DNA from: a virus | Lineage: Duplodnaviria; Heunggongvirae; Uroviricota; Caudoviricetes | Virus record (IMG/VR): IMGVR_UViG_3300021138_000004 | DNA: 64,000 nucleotides | Strand: one strand, 5' to 3' | Shown: piece after piece, positions 46,090 through 54,964 of the stretch | Layout of the letters: each line of letters begins with the position of its first letter | Numbering within the stretch: the first letter of the stretch is position 1 | Notes under the pieces: model-generated | The model's input: the letters and a program-made list of their open reading frames with translations, nothing else | Told to the model about the DNA's origin: nothing | Database searches by the model: none | Program-made: the position numbers and the translations under genes

Positions 46090-46118
46090 TATTTATTAAG
46101 TTTACACTCTTTGGTCAA
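46090..46118 (-). promoter_or_regulatory. sigma70-like promoter TTGACC-17-TAAATA for the minus-strand MoxR/vWA operon
   Basis: followed by AAGGTGA RBS and the ATG of 45739..46074. Confidence 0.5.
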
Positions 46119-46133
46119 TGATTAAAAGAGCGA

Positions 46134-46162
46134 TTGACATACACCATTACCTATTTTATAAT
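46134..46162 (+). promoter_or_regulatory. consensus sigma70 promoter TTGACA-17-TATAAT (divergent from 46090..46118)
   Basis: followed by AGGAGG RBS and ATG at 46183. Confidence 0.6.
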
Positions 46163-46182
46163 GCAGATATAGGAGGAAAAAT

Positions 46183-46383
46183 ATGGCACAGATTAATGTT
46201 AAGTATCGCGTTCATTGCGTAGAATCCGAACGTGGATGGGGACAGAAACCCTTTCATGCAGATTTTGACACACGCAGTGAAGCTGAGGCTTATATGAAAC
46301 GAATCAATGATCAGAACAACTTGCCATATGTTCCGGACTATTATGAACGAGCTGACAGCATCGAACTGATCGAGGTCAAGTAA
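46183..46383 (+). CDS. hypothetical protein (66 aa)
   Basis: ORF track. Confidence 0.65.
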   Translation: MAQINVKYRVHCVESERGWGQKPFHADFDTRSEAEAYMKRINDQNNLPYVPDYYERADSIELIEVK

Positions 46384-46590
46384 ATGGCAACGCCCGCACA
46401 ATACACATATCCGTTAACGGACACTGATGGTCGGGCATACCAAGAACTGACTATGCCTACAGGTATCACTTTCCGTATGTATGAAGATACGCCTTATGTA
46501 TGGACACAGGTCAAAGACTGTCCTGAGTGCAGTTGGATCCTGCCTATGTTTGCAGCATGGGAACGTGGCGATATGAAAGTAAAAAAGTGA
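46384..46590 (+). CDS. hypothetical protein, paralog of 6637..6921
   Basis: shared TFRxYEDxPY...W(E/D)RG(D/E)M block. Confidence 0.6.
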   Translation: MATPAQYTYPLTDTDGRAYQELTMPTGITFRMYEDTPYVWTQVKDCPECSWILPMFAAWERGDMKVKK

Positions 46591-46751
46591 CGGTTAAAGA
46601 ACTCAAAGAATTGCTTGACGAATTGCCTAGCGATGCTAAAGTGTTTTATGAAGGCGGCGAATACAAGTATGACTATCGCAGCGTCTACAAGGTAGAATAC
46701 AACGAACATGCAACTTTGGCCTCGACCGGCCATTCAGTTTTTATTAGGTGA
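46587..46751 (+). CDS. small protein (GTG start overlapping the upstream TGA)
   Basis: ORF track 46527..46751 trimmed; GTGA junction. Confidence 0.45.
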   Translation: MTVKELKELLDELPSDAKVFYEGGEYKYDYRSVYKVEYNEHATLASTGHSVFIR

Positions 46752-47424
46752 CCGAGTTTCTTGGTTTACCTTTTTTAGAGTTGCTGATCTTTTGTTTGAC
46801 TTCTTCTGAGTGTCTGTAACCTGTTTTTAGTAGCGATTCACTTATTTTACGTTTTTGTTCTTCACTCATCGGTCCCCTGACTCTACCTTTTGCAGCATTG
46901 CCCATTTTTTGACGAGTTTCTTCACTTAATGTTCTACCTAGGCCACGGTTTTTACTGGCTTCACACATTTTCTGACGAGTTTCTTCACTAATTGGTGGCC
47001 TCTTTCTTCTTGATTCGGACATTTTCTGTTTTGTTTCCTCACTATGCGATTTACCGAGTCTAGACTTACTCATTTTACGGCGAGTTTCGTCAGTGTGGAT
47101 TATGGCACCTCGAAATTTTTTATCACCATTTGATCGGTTTAACCATCGATTATTAGTAGCCGCTTTGATTTTTTGTAAAAAATTTGATTCCCATTCTATG
47201 GCTGCTTCTTTGGTAGTAAATGTTTTTCGAACCCTGGCAACAAAAGTTTCTTTCCCGAATTCTTCGATAAGATTCTGTACTAATTTAGAAGATGAAAAAT
47301 AGGTGGTCCATAGATCCGATGGGTCACATCCGTCGGCATATCTGACACCATAGTAATGTTTGTCAGTCGGTGCATGATATAGGTGGTACGTGAAATAAAT
47401 AGACATGGCTGATAGTTCCTTCAT
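46744..47424 (-). CDS. GIY-YIG (Seg-like) homing endonuclease, close paralog of 28173..28808
   Basis: MSIYFTYHLYHAPTDKHYYGVRYADGC...; repeated SEETKQKMSESRR units. Confidence 0.8.
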   Translation of the reverse strand: MKELSAMSIYFTYHLYHAPTDKHYYGVRYADGCDPSDLWTTYFSSSKLVQNLIEEFGKETFVARVRKTFTTKEAAIEWESNFLQKIKAATNNRWLNRSNGDKKFRGAIIHTDETRRKMSKSRLGKSHSEETKQKMSESRRKRPPISEETRQKMCEASKNRGLGRTLSEETRQKMGNAAKGRVRGPMSEEQKRKISESLLKTGYRHSEEVKQKISNSKKGKPRNSVT

Positions 47425-47550
47425 AACTGTTAGAGTGAGTAGGAATTGGCGTTCCGTGACTCACACTTATTTATCTTCATAGTTGACACTCGCGGTGTTA
47501 TATGTTATTGTGTTGAATACAATTTAAACTACACTAATGGAGAAATCAAA

Positions 47551-47916
47551 TTGGGCATTTCAACTCACTACTACACCGTTTATGGTGTAAAGATTGACAA
47601 GTACGACGACGAGCTGAGCAACGTCCTTTACGATGAAGAGGATCGATACTCGCTGTTCGAAGATGGCACACTGCCCGAAGATTTTGGTTTAATCATGGAT
47701 GTCATGAGTGGCAGCTACATGGTCTTTGGTAAGATCCTGTTTGATTCGGGCGACCTGCGATATAATGATTTCAAGGACACGTTTGTTGAAGTGAGCCTCG
47801 ATAAGCTATATGATTACAAGCGCGATTATACTCGTAAGTTTTCTGAATATTTTACAGAATTTGATCATTACCTCGAGGAAGACTGGAAGTTAATGACTTT
47901 CATGCATCTCAGCTAA
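47551..47916 (+). CDS. hypothetical acidic protein (TTG start after GGAG RBS)
   Basis: ORF track 47446..47916; a TTGACA-17-TATTGT promoter lies downstream of the track ATG, so the later start is favoured. Confidence 0.45.
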   Translation: MGISTHYYTVYGVKIDKYDDELSNVLYDEEDRYSLFEDGTLPEDFGLIMDVMSGSYMVFGKILFDSGDLRYNDFKDTFVEVSLDKLYDYKRDYTRKFSEYFTEFDHYLEEDWKLMTFMHLS

Positions 47917-48197
47917 TGAAACTACCAGTTAACTATGATGAGCTGACTCCTAAGCAACGGCGAGAAGTTAGAGAATTCTATTGTAAGTGGCAAGAGTGGA
48001 AGTGCTGCCACTGTAACGCACACCTGCTAAAGGAACCCGCAGATTTTGTTCAAAAAATGAAGTTGGATCTAACTTTGTTTCCACAGGGTTTCTTAAGGCA
48101 TCCTATTCATTTGCACCACGATCATAAAACAGGCTTGACCATAGGCGCAGTACATGCTAAATGTAACGGTGTCCTTTGGCAATATCACGGAGAATAA
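47916..48197 (+). CDS. endonuclease VII-like / His-Me finger nuclease (93 aa)
   Basis: CCHCN ... HLHHDHKTG ... HAKCNG resembles the T4 endo VII HLDHDH zinc/HNH-like core. Confidence 0.45.
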   Translation: MKLPVNYDELTPKQRREVREFYCKWQEWKCCHCNAHLLKEPADFVQKMKLDLTLFPQGFLRHPIHLHHDHKTGLTIGAVHAKCNGVLWQYHGE

Positions 48198-48198
48198 C

Positions 48199-48483
48199 AT
48201 GAATCATGAAATTAGATCTGCGATGCAGCTTTTTGAAAACAAGCTGGCATCCTTTTGGCAGCTCGATGGTGAGATGCAGTGGTGTGAAGATGATCGCATC
48301 TACAAGATGGAATCTCGTCAACGAACTCTCGAAGCAGAAGTCAATAAGGCCCGCGATAATCTTATTGCTGCTATTGAACGTCTTGAGAAAAAGCCTGTTG
48401 AAGCAGACTGGGAAGATCGAATGGGCGGACAGTTTACGCAGGAAGAAATTGATGAAGCAAGACGAGGCGGCCACGGCTGGTAA
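48199..48483 (+). CDS. hypothetical coiled-coil protein (start MNHEIRS)
   Basis: ORF track 48154..48483 trimmed; GGAG RBS. Confidence 0.55.
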   Translation: MNHEIRSAMQLFENKLASFWQLDGEMQWCEDDRIYKMESRQRTLEAEVNKARDNLIAAIERLEKKPVEADWEDRMGGQFTQEEIDEARRGGHGW

Positions 48484-48492
48484 AAATACCTC

Positions 48493-48521
48493 TTGACTTG
48501 ATCAGTATTCTACACTAAAAT
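48493..48521 (+). promoter_or_regulatory. sigma70-like promoter TTGACT-17-TAAAAT for the membrane cluster
   Basis: plus strand; AAGGAG RBS follows. Confidence 0.55.
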
Positions 48522-48553
48522 AGCGACATACAAACACACACAAGGAGTTACAC

Positions 48554-49054
48554 ATGCGTAAAATTATTGCTCTTACCGCACTCACTGCTGCTACTTTTGC
48601 TCTTGCAGGTTGTGATGTTACGCCCAGTTCCGACGACATTCAGAATCACAATCAGGAACAGTTGAACAAGCAGGCTGTGCAGTCTGTGGGCATGCCAACA
48701 ATCACAAACTTCCAAGAAAAGCGTGTCTACAAGGACATCTTGGAACTGCGCGATACTGCTAACCTGCGCACTTATGCCTATATCACCGACCTTAACGGTC
48801 ACTTGCACAAGCGTTGCGACAGCATCGGCTATGGCATTCCTTATGCTACTCAGTATACTAGCCCACAGAAGATCGCTGATCACTATCAGGGCGGATATGC
48901 TATTCTTCCGCAGGCTGATCCTAACGGCCTGTACAGTCCTGCTAACGCAGAAGGCACTTGGGTGCTTTGCAAGGTTCCGAATAGTGACAAGGTCAGCCCT
49001 GTCTACATCGAAGACCGCGTGACGGTTTCCACTTTCCCCCTTGAAAATAACTAA
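48554..49054 (+). CDS. lipoprotein (signal peptide plus LAGC lipobox), tandem paralog 1
   Basis: MRKIIALTALTAATFALAGCD; similar to the next gene over its whole length. Confidence 0.7.
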   Translation: MRKIIALTALTAATFALAGCDVTPSSDDIQNHNQEQLNKQAVQSVGMPTITNFQEKRVYKDILELRDTANLRTYAYITDLNGHLHKRCDSIGYGIPYATQYTSPQKIADHYQGGYAILPQADPNGLYSPANAEGTWVLCKVPNSDKVSPVYIEDRVTVSTFPLENN

Positions 49055-49066
49055 GGAGTTGACGCA

Positions 49067-49525
49067 ATGAAGCGTATTGCACTCGTAGCTGCATTGGCCT
49101 GCACTGTAGCACTGGCTGGATGTGACGGCCAGGATCTTCGTACCAGTGATCAGATACAGTATCAGCAGCAGGAAGTTATGCTCAAGCAGGCAACTAAGGA
49201 ACTTGGTATGCCAGCTATCACTAACTTTGCAGAAAAGCGCATGATGAAGGACATCCTGGAACTGCGCGACAAGAATGTGCGAACCTATACCTATCTTGTA
49301 GGCATGAACAACCAGCTTACCAAGCTCTGTGATTCAGTGGGCTACGGTCTGCCTTACGCCACTCAGTATACTAGTCCAAATCAAGCTGATCCCAACGGAC
49401 TGTATAGTCCTGCTAGTGCAGACGGCACTTGGGTTGCTTGTAAGGTTCCTGGTAAGGACAATATTTCGCCCACGTATATCGAACCGCGTATTATCGTTTC
49501 GACCTTTCCTTTGATTAAGGAATAA
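49067..49525 (+). CDS. lipoprotein (LAGC lipobox), tandem paralog 2
   Basis: MKRIALVAALACTVALAGCD; shared GMPxITNFxEKR...DILELRD...YGxPYATQYTSP...DPNGLYSPA...GTWVxCKVP...VSTFPL. Confidence 0.7.
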   Translation: MKRIALVAALACTVALAGCDGQDLRTSDQIQYQQQEVMLKQATKELGMPAITNFAEKRMMKDILELRDKNVRTYTYLVGMNNQLTKLCDSVGYGLPYATQYTSPNQADPNGLYSPASADGTWVACKVPGKDNISPTYIEPRIIVSTFPLIKE

Positions 49526-49528
49526 ACA

Positions 49529-49795
49529 ATGAAATACGTATTTGCTACATTGGTGTCAATTTTTGTGTTGATGATGGCCTATGGCTTGTCTGCTATTAAT
49601 CAAGTCGACGAATTCAGTCATTATATCAATCAAGACATTGACAGGATTGGTCACCATAATCTAAAAGTGATCCAAGAAGATAAAGGCGAAAAAGAATTGC
49701 CTTATCCTAATGTAGACGAAAGTTACTATAATCTCAAGCATTCATGGCCTTGGGATCGAAATTTTGCTGCCATGGTTGTTTATGAAAAGGAATAA
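49529..49795 (+). CDS. secreted or membrane protein (N-terminal hydrophobic segment)
   Basis: ORF track. Confidence 0.55.
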   Translation: MKYVFATLVSIFVLMMAYGLSAINQVDEFSHYINQDIDRIGHHNLKVIQEDKGEKELPYPNVDESYYNLKHSWPWDRNFAAMVVYEKE

Positions 49796-49801
49796 TGACA
49801 A

Positions 49802-50128
49802 ATGAAAGATTTTTTTGCAGTCGTACTTACCCTTTGCCTCGGCGTTGCCGCTGTTGTCGGTCTTAGCTTTGGCAGCTACAAGATGTACGAGTATTTCGCA
49901 CCACGCTACACAGCAGTGGATGCAAAGGTGTTCAAGGAAAGCGTTCAATACAATGATGGTATGATCCGCGATCTTAGTGAACTTCAGCAGCAGTATGAAA
50001 CTTCTGATGCTGCAACCAAGGCTACTTTGAAGCCTATCATCATTCATCGTTTTGAAGTGTATGATGAAAATCGTTTGCCCGCAGATATGCGTCAGTTTTA
50101 CGATTCACTGAAGTCTAACGTAAATTAA
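49802..50128 (+). CDS. membrane-anchored protein (N-terminal TM helix)
   Basis: ORF track. Confidence 0.55.
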   Translation: MKDFFAVVLTLCLGVAAVVGLSFGSYKMYEYFAPRYTAVDAKVFKESVQYNDGMIRDLSELQQQYETSDAATKATLKPIIIHRFEVYDENRLPADMRQFYDSLKSNVN

Positions 50129-50153
50129 GTTCAATTTAACAAGAGGTGTTTAA

Positions 50154-51569
50154 ATGATTATTATTGCTGCTATTGCTCTTGCAGCGTTGCTAGTGGTCGG
50201 TGCTATGTTCACTGCACTCAGCTGGCGCCGTGTGGTTCCGACCAACATGGTACACATTGTACAGAGCGCCAAGAAGACTATTTCGTTTGGTTCTAGTCAA
50301 GCCGCAGGCAACACTTACTACGAGTTTCCAAGTTGGATTCCAGTAATCGGTGTTACTGTTAGTAAGTTTCCTGAGTCGGTGTTTAGTATTTCGCTTAAGG
50401 ACTACGAAGCCTACGATATTGGACGTTTGCCTTTCAAGGTTGATGTTCGTGCGTTCTTCCGTATCTCAGACAGTCAGATTGCTTCACGTCGTGTGTCAGA
50501 CTTTACACAGTTGCAGGATCAGTTGCTAGGTGTGCTACAGGGTGCAGTGCGACGTATCCTTGCTACCAACACGCTGGAACATACTATGCAAGATCGTTCT
50601 TCTCTGGGCCAACAGTTTACTGAAGAAGTTGACCACGGTCTTACTGAATGGGGCGTAAGCACTGTTAAGATGATCGAGTTCATGGACATTCGAGACCACG
50701 ACGGTTCGCAGGTTATTCAGAACATGATGGCCAAGGAAAAGTCGCGTATTGAAAAGGAATCGCGTATCGCTGTTGCTGCCAACATTCAGGAAGCAGAAAC
50801 CAAGGAAATCGAAGCCAAGCGACAGGTTGCACTTAGCCGAACTGAAGCTGAACAGCAGGTCGGTATCCGAGAAGCTGAAAAGGCCAAGACTATTGGTATT
50901 GCTCAGGAAAAGAGCAGCCAGGAAGTTCAGTCAGAAGCTAAGACCACTGCTGAACGTCAGATGGAAGTGCAGAAGGTCAACGAAGTTAAGGCTGCAGAAA
51001 TTGCCCGAGATGTTGCTGTTGTTAAGGCACAGCAGGATCAGCAGGTCAAGGTTGTTGCTGCACAGGCTGAACGTGACGCTGCTACCCACATTGCAGATGG
51101 TAAGTTGAATGCTACCAAGAAGGAATCCGAGGGTGTTAAGGCACTTGGCGAAGCTAAGGCTGATGCTGAGTCTAAGATGCTGCTTGCTCCGGTTAACGCA
51201 CAGTTGACGCTGGCCAAGGAAATCGGTGACAACGAAGGTTATCAGGCTTACTTGATTAAGGTTCGTAACATCGAAGCTTCGCAGGCTGTGGGTGTTGAAA
51301 TGGCTGGTGCTATTAAGGCAGCTGACCTTAAGATTATCGCTAACAGCGGTGATGTACAGGGCGGCATTGGAAACCTTGCAGATGTATTCACTCCTAAGGG
51401 TGGTACTTCGATCGGTGGCATGTTGACTGCACTGAGTCAGACTCCAGAAGGTGCTGCTCTAGTTGATGGTGTAGTAGCTAAGTTGGGTGCAACTCCTCCG
51501 GGTGCAACTGCCGCTGCTGCTAAGGCTTATGGACGTGGCAAGGCCAAGGACGCTAACATCGTTAACTGA
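50154..51569 (+). CDS. SPFH/band-7 (flotillin-like) protein with N-terminal TM helix and long coiled-coil
   Basis: N-terminal TM, SPFH-like core, then EA-rich heptad region (ESRIAVAANIQEAETKEIEAKRQ...) typical of flotillin/YqiK. Confidence 0.7.
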   Translation: MIIIAAIALAALLVVGAMFTALSWRRVVPTNMVHIVQSAKKTISFGSSQAAGNTYYEFPSWIPVIGVTVSKFPESVFSISLKDYEAYDIGRLPFKVDVRAFFRISDSQIASRRVSDFTQLQDQLLGVLQGAVRRILATNTLEHTMQDRSSLGQQFTEEVDHGLTEWGVSTVKMIEFMDIRDHDGSQVIQNMMAKEKSRIEKESRIAVAANIQEAETKEIEAKRQVALSRTEAEQQVGIREAEKAKTIGIAQEKSSQEVQSEAKTTAERQMEVQKVNEVKAAEIARDVAVVKAQQDQQVKVVAAQAERDAATHIADGKLNATKKESEGVKALGEAKADAESKMLLAPVNAQLTLAKEIGDNEGYQAYLIKVRNIEASQAVGVEMAGAIKAADLKIIANSGDVQGGIGNLADVFTPKGGTSIGGMLTALSQTPEGAALVDGVVAKLGATPPGATAAAAKAYGRGKAKDANIVN

Positions 51570-51586
51570 TTTAGCGATTAGTAAAC

Positions 51587-51623
51587 AAAAAGGCCCTAGT
51601 GTAAAAACTAGGGCCTTTTATTG
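51587..51623. terminator. bidirectional rho-independent terminator
   Basis: aaaaAGGCCCTAG-tgtaaaaa-CTAGGGCCTtttatt. Confidence 0.7.
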
Positions 51624-51627
51624 TGGC

Positions 51628-51822
51628 TTAAGAAATGCGACCTAGTCTATGCAACAAGTTTGCTATTTTAGATACACGCTCATCATCTTCTGGGATATCC
51701 TTAAGAAGGGCGTACAGGGCATCTTTAATCAGAGGAACATCTGCAGGAGCAAATGCTCCTCCTCGTGCTTCTCGTGGTTTAGTTGGAATGTCATTCCAAT
51801 CGGCATCTAACGGTATACTCAT
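51628..51822 (-). CDS. hypothetical protein (64 aa)
   Basis: ORF track. Confidence 0.5.
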   Translation of the reverse strand: MSIPLDADWNDIPTKPREARGGAFAPADVPLIKDALYALLKDIPEDDERVSKIANLLHRLGRIS

Positions 51823-51825
51823 ATT

Positions 51826-52086
51826 TTATCCAATTAATGGTTGATCTGGATTATCGCTAATCGCAGGTCTAGTGGGTTCTCTAGGAGGAGCGTTTTCAAA
51901 TGCTTCTAGTTTTGATTCCCACATTTTGATATTTTCAGTTACTCTTTTAAGGGCACGATTAATATCTTTAACACGAACGGAATCAGGAAATACATTTTTA
52001 TTTTCCTGTTCGAGGTATCGGGTTAGCTTTAGCTCTTGAAGCTGTTGCAATTTGATGTGGGCTCGAATTTTATTGAGTTTGTACAA
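51826..52086 (-). CDS. hypothetical protein (86 aa)
   Basis: ORF track. Confidence 0.5.
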   Translation of the reverse strand: MYKLNKIRAHIKLQQLQELKLTRYLEQENKNVFPDSVRVKDINRALKRVTENIKMWESKLEAFENAPPREPTRPAISDNPDQPLIG

Positions 52087-52445
52087 TTTGGGTTTCCTTT
52101 TATGCAGTATTTAATCGTATTTACAACACAGGTTGTCGTTGTGAACTCAGACTAAGGTTGCTTTTCAAGTGGATTTGCTATATAATTAGCTACTAGGAAG
52201 AGAAAAACTAGACGAACCTGTTTTTGTACATTGCATTACAGGCGTTGTAAACAAGGATGAGTGAAATTATTAACTGACAACATAACAAAAATTGTCTCAA
52301 AATGGACAATTTGTTGCCCGTTACACCAAAATGATTTTACAAAGTGCTTAACTACTAATGCGTCTCTGCTCAAAAAGCTGAGATGTGGTCACTATGACAA
52401 TACAGAGAACAAGACACAGACGACCAAACTAAGGAGGACATCGAT

Positions 52446-53072
52446 ATGTCTATGATACGCAGTGCAAAATATGCGCTAATAGCAATATCGGTAATGGCAT
52501 TCCAAAGCGTAAGTCATGCCGAGACCCCGGATATAGCGGGTCAAAAAATAGCCATTGTTGAATCAACGAAAGTTGCTCAACAGGCAGCAAAAATAGTTTT
52601 GCCCAAGGGCACAATCCAAGAGCAAAGCGCAATAACAAAAGTAAATTTAAAGGAAATACAGTGTTTAGCGAAGAATATATTTTACGAGTCTGCTAGCGAA
52701 CCCGAAGAAGGCAAGATAGCAGTAGGAGTAGCAACACTGAACCGCACGGGAGATCGACGATTTTCTTCAACAGTATGCGGAGTAATAAATCAGCGTAGCT
52801 CTGGTCGGTACAAGGGAAATTGTCAATTCTCTTGGCGTTGCAGCAATGTGAAGCCGCCTAGTGCAACTGATAAACGATGGGTAAAGTGTCAGGAAATTGC
52901 AAGCAATCTACTAACTCAGCCCAGCGTCTATGAGGCGTTGACGAAAAAATATGCGAATGTTCTTTATTTTCATGCCACGTTTGTGCGCCCTTTATGGGCA
53001 AGGCAGAAAGTACAAGTCGCTCGTGTAGGTAATCAGATGTTTTACAAAGATCGTAAAATAACGTATATCTGA
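52446..53072 (+). CDS. secreted cell-wall hydrolase, SleB/Hydrolase_2-like
   Basis: signal peptide; CLAKNIFYESASEPEEGKIAVGVATLNR matches the SleB-family signature. Confidence 0.7.
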   Translation: MSMIRSAKYALIAISVMAFQSVSHAETPDIAGQKIAIVESTKVAQQAAKIVLPKGTIQEQSAITKVNLKEIQCLAKNIFYESASEPEEGKIAVGVATLNRTGDRRFSSTVCGVINQRSSGRYKGNCQFSWRCSNVKPPSATDKRWVKCQEIASNLLTQPSVYEALTKKYANVLYFHATFVRPLWARQKVQVARVGNQMFYKDRKITYI

Positions 53073-53091
53073 AACTGAACTAAATAAAGAT

Positions 53092-53310
53092 ATGAGAGCC
53101 CAAGAATTTATATCTGAACGTAAAGCTAGCCCAACTCTGTGCCGATCCGGTAAAAAGCTAGGAAATAGTGACCAATCTAGTTGTGTTGCCCAAGGGCTCC
53201 GGGCACACTCTAGTAAAGGTAAAGGCCACACAGACGGACACGGTAAGTACCTTAAGGGTAAGAAGCGCAAGAGCGTACACTACGGCGGCGATGTTCCTGA
53301 CTATTCATAA
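53092..53310 (+). CDS. small basic protein (72 aa)
   Basis: ORF track. Confidence 0.45.
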   Translation: MRAQEFISERKASPTLCRSGKKLGNSDQSSCVAQGLRAHSSKGKGHTDGHGKYLKGKKRKSVHYGGDVPDYS

Positions 53311-53313
53311 TGT

Positions 53314-53556
53314 ATGTTATACCGCATACTAACAACTCAAACAATTAAATTGAATCCTAAAGAAACTCGTAATTACGATGCCGGCTCTGGTGTCATAATG
53401 ATACCTGAAGTTGATTCAAAAATATACGTACATTGGCTCAACGGTGATCGTCTCCGTTCGACTCTCACTCTATCACAAAGCTCGGAAATACGCGAGCAGG
53501 TTAAATTAATAAACGGACTTGATACTCCGGCAATTATTAATGTTATTAAGATTTGA
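53314..53556 (+). CDS. hypothetical protein (80 aa)
   Basis: ORF track. Confidence 0.5.
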   Translation: MLYRILTTQTIKLNPKETRNYDAGSGVIMIPEVDSKIYVHWLNGDRLRSTLTLSQSSEIREQVKLINGLDTPAIINVIKI

Positions 53557-53581
53557 CATCACCAGGAACTCCTGCTATAAT
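53553..53581 (+). promoter_or_regulatory. consensus sigma70 promoter TTGACA-17-TATAAT upstream of the ligase
   Basis: plus strand. Confidence 0.6.
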
Positions 53582-53607
53582 AGAGATATAGACAGTTGAG
53601 GAACCTT

Positions 53608-54915
53608 ATGCACAACATTATTAAAGAACTCGAAGCAGACAATAGTCGTTTGGCCAAAGAAGCAATTCTCAAGCGAGAAGCAGATGCAGGTAACACTGGC
53701 TTTTTCGACGGTGTTCGAATGGCACTAGACAACTACATCACATTCGGTGTTAAGAAAGTTCCTATTCACGGCGGGCCCGATGGACAGGGTCTACCTTGGG
53801 AAGCGTTTGCTGCTCTTGCGACGTACCTTTATATGCGAGAACTAACCGGTCACGAAGCTCGTGATGCAATTGAGCTTGCAATGAGCGCAGCTACACAAGA
53901 CGAGTGGAACTACTGGTATCGTCGAATCCTTATCAAGGATCTTCGCTGCGGAGTCAGTGAAAAGACTGTTAATAAGATTCTTAAGGGATCTGAGATTCCT
54001 GAAGTTCCTGTTTTTGAATGTATGCTTGCACACGATGGTGCAAATCACGAAAAGAAGATCAAAGGTAAGAAGCTGCTTGAACCCAAGCTAGATGGCGTTC
54101 GCTGTCTTACCGTAATCAATTACGAAGCAAAAAGTGTAATCATGTACACTCGCAATGGCAAGGTACTTGAAAACTTCAGCCACATTGCTGAGGGTGTTCT
54201 TAAGAACATCGAAGATTTCGGTCGTAGCTATGTAATCGACGGCGAGGTTGTTTCGAATAGTTTTCAGGAACTCATGAAGCAGGTGCATCGCAAGGACGAT
54301 GTGCAGGCAACAGATGCACGGTTGATGGCATTTGATATTCTTCCACTCAGCGAGTTCCAAGCTGGTAAGAGCGCAATGGGTCAGCGTCGTCGTAGCAACT
54401 TCCTGCGCACCCTAAAGCCTATCCTAGACAAGTGCGGCAGCATTGATGTTATTACACAGCTTGAAGTTGATCTCGACAGTCTTGTTGGAGAACTTCAGTT
54501 TAAGCAATACAACAAGGATGCTATTGAAGCAGGATACGAAGGTATCCTTGTAAAAGATCCAAACTCAGTTTATGAATGCAAACGAAGTGTATCATGGTTA
54601 AAAATTAAACCAGTAATAACTGTTGATTTAACAGTAGTATCTCTTGAAGAAGGGACTGGTAAAAATATAGGGAAGCTAGGTGCATTGGTTTGCGAAGGAA
54701 CTCACCAAGGAAAATTTATTCGTGTCAATGTTGGGTCAGGATTAAATGATGACCAACGTGCAGAAATTTGGAATGATAAGGATGCAATTTTAGGACAGGT
54801 TGTTGAAATTAAAGCTGATTGCATTACTCAGAATCAAGATACTGATAGCGAATATAGCTTGAGATTTCCTAGATTTGAACGTTTTCGAGGTTTCTGTGCA
54901 GGAGATAAAATATAA
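53608..54915 (+). CDS. ATP-dependent DNA ligase
   Basis: adenylation motif I KLDGVR (KxDG); size and layout typical of phage ligases; ATG after GAGG RBS (track start is TTG). Confidence 0.85.
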   Translation: MHNIIKELEADNSRLAKEAILKREADAGNTGFFDGVRMALDNYITFGVKKVPIHGGPDGQGLPWEAFAALATYLYMRELTGHEARDAIELAMSAATQDEWNYWYRRILIKDLRCGVSEKTVNKILKGSEIPEVPVFECMLAHDGANHEKKIKGKKLLEPKLDGVRCLTVINYEAKSVIMYTRNGKVLENFSHIAEGVLKNIEDFGRSYVIDGEVVSNSFQELMKQVHRKDDVQATDARLMAFDILPLSEFQAGKSAMGQRRRSNFLRTLKPILDKCGSIDVITQLEVDLDSLVGELQFKQYNKDAIEAGYEGILVKDPNSVYECKRSVSWLKIKPVITVDLTVVSLEEGTGKNIGKLGALVCEGTHQGKFIRVNVGSGLNDDQRAEIWNDKDAILGQVVEIKADCITQNQDTDSEYSLRFPRFERFRGFCAGDKI

Positions 54916-54964
54916 TAACCTATCATAATTCCTTCATAACCATAAATACACAAAGGAGTATATT

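Noticed and set aside
52261-52455. 64-aa ORF upstream of the SleB-like gene
   Set aside because: It sits in the leader region, has no RBS, and overlaps the AAGGAGG RBS and start of 52446..53072.
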